From IMG/VR virus record IMGVR_UViG_3300032030_000075, positions 3,187-67,186 of that record: a stretch of 64,000 nt of DNA; one strand, written 5' to 3'. Below are positions 20,464 to 30,028 of this stretch, in pieces. The stretch comes from a virus (lineage: Duplodnaviria; Caudoviricetes). How positions within the stretch are numbered: position 1 is the stretch's first letter; each line of letters begins with the position of its first letter. The position numbers and the translations under genes were made by a program. The notes below the pieces were generated by a model. It had not been told where the DNA came from. It saw only the letters and a list, made by a program, of their open reading frames with translations, and did no database searches.

Positions 20464-21921
20464 TTATTTTTGATTTTCTTGTAATTTTTGTTTTTCTTCT
20501 ATAGTGTCCACGTTTTTATCTTTTTTATACTTGTCTTCAGTAACAATAACAGGATAAGCCTTCAATTTTTTGAATTTATTTATTATAAATACATTTGTTA
20601 ACCTTTCAGCCAAATACCCACCAATTCTATATTGATATTCAACGGTATTATTTGGATAACTTTTCTTTAAATATTTATCCTTATTATTTTCTATCCTTTT
20701 TGTAATATCAGTTCCAACTATTTCAACATAATCATCCAAAACGCCTTTAATAAACTTTATATATTCCAAAAAGTTTTCACGTTTCATAATGAACATATTG
20801 TATGGAGCAAATAATTTGCTATTCATTACAATTTTAAACGCCCTTGTATATTCAGGGTATTTATCAGCCAAAATCCCACCAATTATATATAAGTCCTCAA
20901 TATTATGGCATGATGCATATTGCGCTTTATTAGTTCTTCTAAAAACAATTGGCTTGGCAATCACGCAATCAACTGATTTAAATAATTCATCAATATCTGG
21001 AATATTATCCAAAAAATTAAAATATCTACGATAGTGACAAAATCCAACATAATCTTTTAGTTCAATGTTATCTGCTATATAAAAATAAGATAATAATTCT
21101 GAATAAAAATCATCTTTTAAAACATATTTGCTGTTATTAAAGTCTCTCGTGTCAATTATTTTATATACTTCATTATTAACAACTTTCTTAAAATCTTTGT
21201 GCGTGCAAATAAATATATCTATATCGTTTTTATTTTTTTCACATAAGTAAGAATATTTTTTCAGCCATTCTTCAACACTACGTTTTTTTGTTTTTGCTAA
21301 CTTTATCCAACTACCAGCGCCATAATGTACAATGTATTTTTTTTCATCTATTTCTTTAGTTTTAAACCCTACACAGTCATAATAAAATGATGAACCGGTA
21401 TCATATTCATCTCCCTCTTCTGAAACTCCTACTATTCTTTTTTCATCAAAATATCTTATTCTATTTTTTTTAGCTTCTTTAACATTGATAAAACATATAT
21501 GCGGAGAAACTCTTGTTTTCTTAGATAAACAATTTTTTTTAGTGTCGCCAACGTATATATAATTTTCATCATAAATTTCTGTTATATCAGTTTTAAGTAA
21601 CACATCAGAATCAAGCAAAATAAAATTATCATTTATCAAATCAAAACATTTGTCAACACTACTTGCGTGTTTTATTGTCCCAAAATTACTTTCAGCACCA
21701 AAACTTGTATTTGCTTTACATTTTTCTAATAAATTATTGAAATTTATTATTTTTTCACTTGTGTTGTCAAAAACAGTTACATTTTCAAACTCATTTACAA
21801 ACGGTTCTTTATCCGAATTATCAAATACATATATATTCGTGCCAGGAGTATGCTTATTAACGCTTTTTATGCAAGCAGACGTAAGCTTTTGTGTGTTATA
21901 ATTTACAATTAATATGTTCAT
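20464..21921 (-). CDS. Glycosyltransferase: GT2-like N-domain fused to DUF4422-like domain
   Basis: ILIVNYNT...LLDSD (DxD); second half FICTHK...YSEL...YVGFCHYRRYF...YNMFIMK...RIGGYLAERL. Confidence 0.8.
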   Translation of the reverse strand: MNILIVNYNTQKLTSACIKSVNKHTPGTNIYVFDNSDKEPFVNEFENVTVFDNTSEKIINFNNLLEKCKANTSFGAESNFGTIKHASSVDKCFDLINDNFILLDSDVLLKTDITEIYDENYIYVGDTKKNCLSKKTRVSPHICFINVKEAKKNRIRYFDEKRIVGVSEEGDEYDTGSSFYYDCVGFKTKEIDEKKYIVHYGAGSWIKLAKTKKRSVEEWLKKYSYLCEKNKNDIDIFICTHKDFKKVVNNEVYKIIDTRDFNNSKYVLKDDFYSELLSYFYIADNIELKDYVGFCHYRRYFNFLDNIPDIDELFKSVDCVIAKPIVFRRTNKAQYASCHNIEDLYIIGGILADKYPEYTRAFKIVMNSKLFAPYNMFIMKRENFLEYIKFIKGVLDDYVEIVGTDITKRIENNKDKYLKKSYPNNTVEYQYRIGGYLAERLTNVFIINKFKKLKAYPVIVTEDKYKKDKNVDTIEEKQKLQENQK

Positions 21922-21983
21922 GTATATATTTTTTATAAAAAATAAACATTATTGCAAAAAAATAAAGGAATAGATGAAAATCT

Positions 21984-22118
21984 CTATTCCTTTTTCAATG
22001 TATATTGATATACTCCGCATCCACAATCATATATCCTATATATTTCTCTTTCTAACATTATCTCATGCTCTGTTTTATCCTTATCATAGCCTCCCTTAAC
22101 CAAAACATCTTTTCTAAA
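21984..22118 (-). pseudogene. C-terminal remnant of a free-standing (homing) endonuclease gene
   Basis: FRKDVLVKGGYDKDKTEHEIMLEREIYRIYDCG is a typical endonuclease C-terminus, with no plausible start and only AT-rich intergenic DNA upstream. Confidence 0.65.
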
Positions 22119-22216
22119 AATAATTTTAATAATACAAATATACAAAGAATTAATTAAAAAAATAAAAAAACATATATTTATTAAAAAATAATTAATTATT
22201 AAAAAATAATAAAGAC

Positions 22217-22705
22217 ATGTCAGATTTACTTTTGAAAATGCCACTTAACTACGAACCGTTAAGGAAAAATAGATGGCTATTTAGATTCCCGGCAGATTTG
22301 GGAATACAAGAATGGTGGTTATCTTCAGCTTCTCGTCCTTCAATCACGCAGGAAGAGACACAGATACCATTCTTAAACACATCAACTTGGGTTGTAGGTC
22401 GTTATACATGGGATACAATTCAGGTTACACTTCGTGACCCAATTGGTCCATCCGCATCACAAGCTGTTATGGAATGGGTTCGTTTACATTCTGAATCAGT
22501 TACCGGAAGACAAGGCTATGCGGCAGGTTATAAGCGTGATGTTGAGCTTGAAATGCTTGACCCAACAGGTGTAGTTGTATCAAAATGGATTCTTAAAAAC
22601 TGTATGCTTACAACCGTTAACTTTGGAGACCTTGATTACCAAAGCTCTGACCTTGCGACCATACAACTTACTTTGAGATTTGACTATGCAGTATTGGCGT
22701 ATTAA
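22217..22705 (+). CDS. Tail tube protein (T4 gp19-like)
   Basis: YEPLRKNRWLFRF...GRYTWDTIQVTLRDPI...YKRDVELEMLDPTGVVVSKWIL...FGDLDY...LRFDYA. Confidence 0.9.
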   Translation: MSDLLLKMPLNYEPLRKNRWLFRFPADLGIQEWWLSSASRPSITQEETQIPFLNTSTWVVGRYTWDTIQVTLRDPIGPSASQAVMEWVRLHSESVTGRQGYAAGYKRDVELEMLDPTGVVVSKWILKNCMLTTVNFGDLDYQSSDLATIQLTLRFDYAVLAY

Positions 22706-22823
22706 TCTGAAAATCAACAAGTTACAAAAAAATGGCATACTTTTTGTGTGCCATTTTTGTTTTTAAAATATTTTTTGTATATTTGCGTTATGAAAAGGGA
22801 AGAAATAATTGAGCAAGCTAAAT

Positions 22824-23201
22824 ATGATTAAACTTTTACTTTTAATGTTTTTTTGCCACCTAATTGATGACTTTGTACTACAGGATAAATTCACATATTT
22901 AAAACAAAAATCATGGTGGATTAACACATGCAAAAATGAAGGACTTTCAATTGAGAAATATGGGAAGGATTACATTATGGCGTTATTTGAACACTCGCTT
23001 GAATGGTCAATTGCAATAATGCTACCGGCAATATTCTTATTAAACATCAATGAATTCCTTTTATTGGGTTGTGTAATAGCTAATACAGTTATTCATTATA
23101 TTGTAGATAACGCAAAAGCAAACCAATTGAGATTGAATTTAATACAAGACCAAATAATACACTTTTTACAAATAATAATAACGTGTATTATAATAGCCTA
23201 A
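22824..23201 (+). CDS. DUF3307-like membrane protein
   Basis: HLIDDFVLQ...H...HYIVD...DQIIH motifs with hydrophobic helices; TATATTTG promoter at 22778-22785. Confidence 0.75.
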   Translation: MIKLLLLMFFCHLIDDFVLQDKFTYLKQKSWWINTCKNEGLSIEKYGKDYIMALFEHSLEWSIAIMLPAIFLLNINEFLLLGCVIANTVIHYIVDNAKANQLRLNLIQDQIIHFLQIIITCIIIA

Positions 23202-23206
23202 AAAAA

Positions 23207-23233
23207 GCAATAATATAGAAGTTGACCCAAATA
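23207..23233 (+). repeat. 27-bp intergenic repeat, copy 1 (GCAATAATATAGAAGTTGACCCAAATA)
   Basis: 25/27 identical to the reverse complement of 39403-39429. Confidence 0.85.
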
Positions 23234-23437
23234 ACTACTAAAAATGAACAGCCAAACACGGTTGCTCATTTTCTTTTTTGTTAATAATGAATAAATCCCA
23301 TTGGCATATTCAATGTATGTCAATGGGATTTCGTAATTTTGCATCTGCCATCAAGTTTCCTCTCTGCGATGTTTACTATCACCGTGTGATATAATAACAT
23401 GGAAGCTGAAAGAAAGGGCAGAAAGGAGTTGTTGCCT

Positions 23438-23521
23438 ATGAAAAAGAACTTTTTCAAAACAACCAAAGAATACATCTTGTATGTTAAATCTTTGATGACT
23501 GTAAAGAGTAAACTAATCTAA
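23438..23521 (+). CDS. 27-aa cationic peptide MKKNFFKTTKEYILYVKSLMTVKSKLI (type I toxin-like locus)
   Basis: Own TAATTTTG promoter (23334-23341), AAAGGAG Shine-Dalgarno, downstream GC-rich hairpin plus U-tract. Confidence 0.5.
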   Translation: MKKNFFKTTKEYILYVKSLMTVKSKLI

Positions 23522-23554
23522 GTGACTCTCTAAAAGCAAAAACTCTTTTTCTTT

Positions 23555-23586
23555 CCTCACCTCCGCAGAAGGTGGGGTTCTTTTTA
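23555..23586 (+). terminator. Intrinsic terminator
   Basis: CCTCACCT-ccgcaga-AGGTGGGG followed by TTCTTTTT. Confidence 0.7.
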
Positions 23587-23697
23587 TATAAACTCACCAA
23601 ATGTTTCTTGTTTTGCCTCATCAATAGTTAGCCATTCGTTATTGTCAATTTCTTCTTGGAGGATGATACCCTCTTGAAGTATCTGTTTCTTTTTCAT
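23584..23697 (-). CDS. 37-aa acidic peptide MKKKQILQEGIILQEEIDNNEWLTIDEAKQETFGEFI
   Basis: Below ORF-track cutoff; preceded by TATTTAT (23721-23727) and TATCTTTG (23740-23747) motifs. Confidence 0.5.
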   Translation of the reverse strand: MKKKQILQEGIILQEEIDNNEWLTIDEAKQETFGEFI

Positions 23698-23808
23698 ATC
23701 CTATAAACTTTAATTCTACAATAAATATCCTTATTTTTGCAAAGATACATAAAAAATCTAAGAAAAACAAATTCATCGTGATATTTATTATAAAAATACG
23801 TATAGAAT

Positions 23809-24168
23809 ATGAATAAAAGACTTATAAGACTTACAGAATCTGATTTACATAGAATTGTGAAAGAGTCTGTGAATAGTGTGCTGAACGAATGGGAGTATGC
23901 TGGATGGGTAAATGATATTGGCGATGATTCTTACGATAAACCTGATGACCCAAATGAATATGATTTTGATACTAAAATATGGGGGCTTGCAGATAAAGAA
24001 TTGCCTAAGTATTTAGAAGAAGAGTGTAATCGTTTAGGGTTATATTTTAAAGGATTTAGTTGCCCCAAAGGTGGCGAGAGTTTTTACCAAGGATTTATAC
24101 ATGATAGAGACGGTAAAGAATATGCGGAAATAACGATAGAAGTTAAGCAGCCACAAGACCAACTCTAA
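23809..24168 (+). CDS. LTESDLH-tagged hypothetical protein
   Basis: N-terminus MNKRLIRLTESDLHRIVKESVNSVLNE; TATTTAT at 23782-23788. Confidence 0.85.
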   Translation: MNKRLIRLTESDLHRIVKESVNSVLNEWEYAGWVNDIGDDSYDKPDDPNEYDFDTKIWGLADKELPKYLEEECNRLGLYFKGFSCPKGGESFYQGFIHDRDGKEYAEITIEVKQPQDQL

Positions 24169-24287
24169 TCTCAGACCATTTACGAACAAGTCCAATTGAC
24201 TTGTCAAACATATGGGCGAATCTTTCCGATTCGCTCATTTTTCTTGTGTTACAACGATAAAAAAAGGATAGCCAAAACGGTTATCCT

Positions 24288-24674
24288 TTAATTATTTCCC
24301 AATATTGCATCAACATCGTTTACCTGCAATTTCTCATTATCATCCTTGTTAATTTGTCTTAAAGCTCCAATATCATTTGGCCTTCCAAATTTTCCATGAC
24401 TTGTTTTTATTCCTTTTTCCTTGTTTTTTTCTTTTGAAAAATTAACATCAGGGTTTACAATTGTCTTAGATTGTCCAAGAAGCGCTTTTATTCTATGATA
24501 TTCTTTTGTTGCGTCAACAAGTTCCTTTGTGTCTCTTCCCTTTTTAGCCTTTAAGAGCCTTTTCTTTGCTGCTTCTAAATCAGCTTCGGTTTCCTCCTTT
24601 ATAATCTGATTTACAGATTCCTTTATAATTCTATGCAAATCAGATTCAGTTAGCCTTATAATTTGTCTTGCCAT
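24288..24674 (-). CDS. LTESDLH-tagged hypothetical protein
   Basis: N-terminus MARQIIRLTESDLHRIIKESVNQIIKE. Confidence 0.85.
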   Translation of the reverse strand: MARQIIRLTESDLHRIIKESVNQIIKEETEADLEAAKKRLLKAKKGRDTKELVDATKEYHRIKALLGQSKTIVNPDVNFSKEKNKEKGIKTSHGKFGRPNDIGALRQINKDDNEKLQVNDVDAILGNN

Positions 24675-24681
24675 AAATGTT

Positions 24682-25068
24682 TTACTTTTTACTTCCGGTA
24701 TTAGTTAAAACTTTATCTGCCTCTAAGAATACTTTCTTGAAAAATTCATATAAGCTAGAGGTAGGATGGTCAGAATATTTTTTAAGACCTTCTATTGCTG
24801 TTTCTCTTATTTTACCTATAATTGGTTCATGCTGTATTATCTCTTGAGCGTGCATTGCTTGCTCTTCTGCGTTTTGCATTGCTCCGGGAGCGTCCTGTTG
24901 CTGTTGTGGCTGTTCCATAGGCATACCACCCATTTCAGGATTTTCTTCCATTCCTGGTTCGCCTGGAGTACCTTCTTCTCCATCAAATATATAAGCCTCA
25001 GAAAGATATTTAGAAGTATTCTTTAAATCACTAAGTAAATCTTTTACAAAATTTTTATTTTTTTCCAT
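24682..25068 (-). CDS. Hypothetical protein with acidic Met/Gln-rich linker (possible head-internal protein)
   Basis: YLSEAY...PGMEENPEMGGMPMEQPQQQQ; TATTTAT at 25085-25091. Confidence 0.8.
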   Translation of the reverse strand: MEKNKNFVKDLLSDLKNTSKYLSEAYIFDGEEGTPGEPGMEENPEMGGMPMEQPQQQQDAPGAMQNAEEQAMHAQEIIQHEPIIGKIRETAIEGLKKYSDHPTSSLYEFFKKVFLEADKVLTNTGSKK

Positions 25069-25260
25069 ATTCGAATATTTTATAATAAATATCTAATAAC
25101 CATAAAAAATATCACTGTAATAACGAGTCAATATTGATTTTTATAAAATCGGTGAAATATCTCTTATTTCTATAATATTCTTTAGCCAATTCTCTTTTTT
25201 GTTGGGAACGATATACAATAAGTATTTGAAAAAAAAAAGAAATTTATTAAGGATAAAAAT

Positions 25261-25293
25261 AAAAATTGGGGACTAACTCTCGTTAATCCCCAA
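25261..25293 (-). terminator. Intrinsic terminator after tail sheath gene
   Basis: AATTGGGGACTAAC-tctc-GTTAATCCCCAATT with A-tract. Confidence 0.75.
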
Positions 25294-25314
25294 TTCATTG
25301 TATGATTTTTAAAA

Positions 25315-28300
25315 TTAAATATTATCAAACGATACACCTTCTGGTGTAAGTATAAAGTCCAGAACAACGTACTCTAATGCGTTATATGGCTTGAAGTATA
25401 TCTTTGCAGGAAGTTCGCGTCTATCACGTGATTCAACTGTATCATTAACCTCAATCTTATAATCAGAGATACCTCTGTTTGCTCTGATGTTATCCATGAT
25501 TGGAGTAACTGCTGTCAAGAACATGTTCTTTGTTACTGGGTCGTTTGGCTCGAAGATTAAACTTCTGCAAGCGATTGCAATAAGTTTTCTCATTCTAAGA
25601 AGAAGTCTACGAACTGCGATTCTGTTAAGTTGTGACTCACGAATCTGTAAGTTCTTCTGGCCCCAAATCTTAACGCCATCTGTTGCGAATGTCTTAACTG
25701 GGTTAATTCTTCCCTCATAAAGAACATCTTCGTCAGCTAATTTAGTAATGAAGTGTGCTCTTACGCAATGTACATCACCACGGTCAAGACCTGCAGGAGC
25801 AAACCAAGGGAATGTTTGATTATCGGTCTGTGCAAAGTTTCTAACCACGTCTTTTGTTGCAGGTAGATAGATATACTGATTATTATCTTGGTCAAGATAT
25901 TTAACCCAAGGATAATATGTACAAGTATAGTTAGAATCTATCTCTGAATCCTCAAGGTTGAACACTGCATCATCAGGTGTGTACATTTCATCAACGAAAT
26001 CTCCTGCTCCGTTTGGCTTATCAGGTGTAGTTACAACATAGATTGAGTCTGCTCTTTCTTCTTCAATCATATCAATTACTTCGTTAACAAGAGTATTGTT
26101 ATTTACATAATCGATACCTGGTGTTGCAAACACGTTGATGTCAACTGCTTCAGGGTTAGCGAACTGTCTGTATGCAGCAAGATATGCATACCAGTCAGAT
26201 GTAATACCACCTTGGTTAAGTCCAATTGCATCTGGGTCATCTATTCTATTGAATGAATATCCTTCTCCACTATTGGTGTCAAATGTACCAAGGTATCTTG
26301 ACATCTTGAAGTCATCAGTATTTGTTCTCTGAGTTCTGTAAACATCCCATCCATCGAAGCCTCCATAGAAGTAAACTGTGAACTTACGAAGATTTACATA
26401 TTCGTAAATTGAGCCGCTCATAAGGGCTTCAGTTCCAATTGCAGGAATATCTGTCAATGTGGAAGTTCTATTTTGAACTGATACTGCATCGAATGTATAT
26501 CCTGATTCACCATCAACTGTTATTCTTGGTCCTTTTTTATTTGAATAGCTTGATGGGTCAAGTCTTGAATCAAGGTGGAAACCTTGTGTTAACATTTCAG
26601 GGTCATCGATATAAGCTGCTTTTCCTTTATATGTGAAAGTATCAATATCAACGCCTACTCTTGTAGAAAGGCCAAAATACTGTTTTCTATTCTTAATTTC
26701 ATTATCGTAATTAAGGTTGTACTTAATAACCGGTTGGATTATATTAGTTTTGCCCTCACCAACAACCTCAACGCCATCATAATGAGCCATAGGATAACCT
26801 AAGAAACCTGCTGGTGCAGAGTGTTCAACAGCAGTACCTTCTGCCATTTCTACGGTGATGAACTTAGATTTGCTTTCATACATTCCATCAAATGTACCAA
26901 TCTTATACCCAATGAAGTTTCTATCGCCAGGAACTAATGTACATTTTGAGAATTTCTCCAATGGCATAATGTATTCGTCATTGTCATTAATATCTCTTAC
27001 TACAACATCAAATGTTCCTTCATCTGGTCTAATGTTTTCAATAGATATTTTAACTTCATAGTTAGACATAGTACCATCTGAAATTGTATGGAATCTGAAC
27101 AACTTGTTTATTTCTATGTGGTCATAGTCACCCTTCAAGTTAGAAACAATCCAAGGCGTTGAAGCATATCTAAATGCTGATGCATAGTTATTAAGGTCAC
27201 AATTGATATAATCAACATTGCTACCATTTATTCTATAATATAGACCATCAGCAAGGTTCTTAACCATTACTAATCTACTACTATTTGTATCGCCAGATTG
27301 ATATTCCTTATGGTTAACAGGGGTTTGTAGTCTATCTATCATAGGAACTAAATCAGTCTTTTGGTTTTCTTCACTGCTTTCCCACCATGCGATAAGGTTG
27401 TCCTTTGGATAATATCTGTAGAAATATTTTGATTTTCCACTTGCATTAATATACTTTGTTACGGTAAATATTTGGCCGAGTAAATCACTATCAATCTTCA
27501 TTGCCAATAATCCATCTTCATCGATATATCCTTTATCTGTCGGTGTCATTGCACTATATGAAGGCGCTATTCCTGATGTTGGATAATCAGCGTCTTCACT
27601 CTGTAGAGGTAATCCCTTTTCATAGTCATAAGGATGTGCAAAAATCCAAGGGTCATTCTTTGTTTCACCGGTTGCTACAGTATGCTCATCTGCAATATAT
27701 CTTTGGCCAATATTTTTTCTCTGTAAGCCTGATTCTTGTAGCCTAAGCATGCCGGTAATTGGTTCAAGACCGCAATAGTCAGCAGGGTCATAAACATTAT
27801 AGAATGTAAGTGCGCTTGTGATTGCTGAAATATGACTATCTTCATTAATACCATCCTTAATTCCCTGTGCTAAAGCCACATCATAAAGAGACTCAACATA
27901 TACAGGAGCGTCACCATCTTGTGGATTTGTACCCAAAACCTTCAAGATGTAATCTTTATCGAATGGGTTTAATGATACAGGATATTCAAAATAGCCTGTT
28001 GTACCTGTTGAAGCTGTAGTTACTTCAGTACCTGCTGTTTGATATCCAGTTAAACCATAGATAGTAAATCTACCATAGTTAGTAGCGCTTACTCCCCATG
28101 TTCCACTTAAACTATTTATTTCATAACCTTCGCAATCATTTCCTGCTGCATACAATGGGTTATAAAGCTTAATCTTAAGAACCTTTTCATTATATCCAAC
28201 AACTTGACATGTGCCACTTGTTCTTTTTATTTCGCCAACCTCATAAACTAATGAATCATAAGAATCTGATGGGCATTCACATGAATCTTTTGCCAAATCA

Positions 28301-28713
28301 AATTTATGATATTTTTCATAATGTCCTCTTGAACGAAGAACGGCAACAACCATTTTTTTGCCATCTTTTCTATCTGCTGTAACTACCCATGCAGGACCAG
28401 CTTTATATCCACTAAGTCCAAGTACACGTACAACCTCCAATTGCTTAGATTCTGTAAGGTATGACTTTGCGATATAAGGCAACTCGTATTTAGGATATTG
28501 ACTTCCCTTAAATTTCTCCGTGCTTGTTCCACCAAATGTGTCAACAAACTTACGCCAATCATCAATATGCATTGGTTGGAAAGCAGGACCACGCTGTGTT
28601 TCACCTGCCAAACCAAGTGTTGTAATACCTAAGCTTTTAACTGCATACTGAAGGTCGATTTCGCGTGAATACACGCCTGGAGAAACATGAACTCCTCTTG
28701 CATTATCTGCCAT
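25315..28713 (-). CDS. Contractile tail sheath protein (T4 gp18-like) with large internal insertions
   Basis: VSPGVYSREID N-terminus; PWFAPAGLDRG, LYEGRINPV, IWGQKNL, RIAVRRLL, FEPND C-terminal motifs; 1132 aa. Confidence 0.95.
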   Translation of the reverse strand: MADNARGVHVSPGVYSREIDLQYAVKSLGITTLGLAGETQRGPAFQPMHIDDWRKFVDTFGGTSTEKFKGSQYPKYELPYIAKSYLTESKQLEVVRVLGLSGYKAGPAWVVTADRKDGKKMVVAVLRSRGHYEKYHKFDLAKDSCECPSDSYDSLVYEVGEIKRTSGTCQVVGYNEKVLKIKLYNPLYAAGNDCEGYEINSLSGTWGVSATNYGRFTIYGLTGYQTAGTEVTTASTGTTGYFEYPVSLNPFDKDYILKVLGTNPQDGDAPVYVESLYDVALAQGIKDGINEDSHISAITSALTFYNVYDPADYCGLEPITGMLRLQESGLQRKNIGQRYIADEHTVATGETKNDPWIFAHPYDYEKGLPLQSEDADYPTSGIAPSYSAMTPTDKGYIDEDGLLAMKIDSDLLGQIFTVTKYINASGKSKYFYRYYPKDNLIAWWESSEENQKTDLVPMIDRLQTPVNHKEYQSGDTNSSRLVMVKNLADGLYYRINGSNVDYINCDLNNYASAFRYASTPWIVSNLKGDYDHIEINKLFRFHTISDGTMSNYEVKISIENIRPDEGTFDVVVRDINDNDEYIMPLEKFSKCTLVPGDRNFIGYKIGTFDGMYESKSKFITVEMAEGTAVEHSAPAGFLGYPMAHYDGVEVVGEGKTNIIQPVIKYNLNYDNEIKNRKQYFGLSTRVGVDIDTFTYKGKAAYIDDPEMLTQGFHLDSRLDPSSYSNKKGPRITVDGESGYTFDAVSVQNRTSTLTDIPAIGTEALMSGSIYEYVNLRKFTVYFYGGFDGWDVYRTQRTNTDDFKMSRYLGTFDTNSGEGYSFNRIDDPDAIGLNQGGITSDWYAYLAAYRQFANPEAVDINVFATPGIDYVNNNTLVNEVIDMIEEERADSIYVVTTPDKPNGAGDFVDEMYTPDDAVFNLEDSEIDSNYTCTYYPWVKYLDQDNNQYIYLPATKDVVRNFAQTDNQTFPWFAPAGLDRGDVHCVRAHFITKLADEDVLYEGRINPVKTFATDGVKIWGQKNLQIRESQLNRIAVRRLLLRMRKLIAIACRSLIFEPNDPVTKNMFLTAVTPIMDNIRANRGISDYKIEVNDTVESRDRRELPAKIYFKPYNALEYVVLDFILTPEGVSFDNI

Positions 28714-28752
28714 AATTATTTAAATATTTATTTTTTTATTCTTATTTTAATA

Positions 28753-28759
28753 ATAAATA
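28753..28759 (-). promoter_or_regulatory. Putative phage late promoter TATTTAT (representative site, tail sheath)
   Basis: Sense-strand TATTTAT about 15-45 bp upstream of at least 17 gene starts. Confidence 0.7.
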
Positions 28760-28916
28760 TTTGATATATTTCAATAATTCATTAAATATTGTTAAAAAAT
28801 GGAATTATAAATGATATATCTATTTTATTATTAACTTTTTTTAACCAAAAATATTTCTTTTTAACGTTATTTTTATGTATATTTGCTTCAAGTTTTTAAT
28901 CAATACATATTATATA

Positions 28917-30011
28917 ATGTTAGACGAACTGATAAGAAAACGCATAATCAAACTTATTGGTGATATGTCGATTGATAGCTATGAGGGAATAACTAAGGTA
29001 AGGTTATTCTCATATCTTTTTGATGATATTGGCTACATATATCACTTTAATAAAAAGGGAAGCGATTACGCTATTGAAGCGATTGACTCAGATGAGCCAT
29101 TGATGGAAGGAAGGAATGAAGTAATTGACTTGATTCCTACTGTAGACAATCTTATTGCTGCTTTTGATGGAATTAAATTCCAAATACACGAGCATCAATT
29201 ATTCATCGTCGGTGAACACATTGTTATCAAGCTTATGGTTGACGCATCAAAATACAGCGCAATTGACAATATAAGCATTGCGACCAATCGTGATGATTTG
29301 GAAACCGTTTGTGGGTTAATTAATGGTTCTCTTATCACAAAGAGCGTCATTAATGATGAAAACAGTTACAGAATTGCTTATAGAGGTCAATACTCTATTG
29401 ATACAACTGTTTGTAAATTCAATGATTGGAAGAGTAACATTGACACCAATTATAACGATGATGTTCCATATAATGAAATGAATGAAATTATAAGGGATAA
29501 CAAAGCGGGTCTTATAATGTTATATGGTAAGCCCGGAACTGGTAAAACGTCTTTGGTTAAATCCCTTATTAATGATAATAGGGAAACAAACTTTATTTTT
29601 GTTGACACATCTGTTTGCGAATCAATAAGTGATGGTTTATTCTTGGAATTCTTGCAAGAAAATAAAAACGCAGTAATTGTATTTGAAGATTGCGAAAAAT
29701 TATTGTCAAGTAGGGAGAATGGTTCAAATGAATCAATTGGAACAATACTTAATTTGACTGATGGTATTATTGCAGAGTCGATGAAGATTAAGTTCATTTG
29801 TACATTTAACTGTGATTTGAGCAAGGTTGATGAAGCTTTACTTAGGAAGGGAAGATTGTCATTGAAATATGAATTTAAAGAATTATCGCTTCAAAAGACA
29901 AGAGCTATATATCCTGAAGCAAAAGAGCCTATGACTCTTGCAGATGCTCATAATGCGCATAAAAAAAATGACTTTTCTGAAAAGAAGATAAAGAAGATTG
30001 GTTTTGCATAA
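28917..30011 (+). CDS. AAA+ ATPase
   Basis: Walker A GKPGTGKT, Walker B IVFEDCE, ILNLTDG, TFN sensor, ALLRKGRL arginine finger; promoter TATATTTG 28878-28885 supports start at 28917. Confidence 0.9.
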   Translation: MLDELIRKRIIKLIGDMSIDSYEGITKVRLFSYLFDDIGYIYHFNKKGSDYAIEAIDSDEPLMEGRNEVIDLIPTVDNLIAAFDGIKFQIHEHQLFIVGEHIVIKLMVDASKYSAIDNISIATNRDDLETVCGLINGSLITKSVINDENSYRIAYRGQYSIDTTVCKFNDWKSNIDTNYNDDVPYNEMNEIIRDNKAGLIMLYGKPGTGKTSLVKSLINDNRETNFIFVDTSVCESISDGLFLEFLQENKNAVIVFEDCEKLLSSRENGSNESIGTILNLTDGIIAESMKIKFICTFNCDLSKVDEALLRKGRLSLKYEFKELSLQKTRAIYPEAKEPMTLADAHNAHKKNDFSEKKIKKIGFA

Positions 30012-30028
30012 AAAATATTGGCTTATGG

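Noticed and set aside
23264-24252. Loose direct repeat GCTCATTTT..CTT..TGTTA at both ends of the accessory patch
   Set aside because: Short, AT-rich and explained by similar terminator tails; not enough support for target-site duplication
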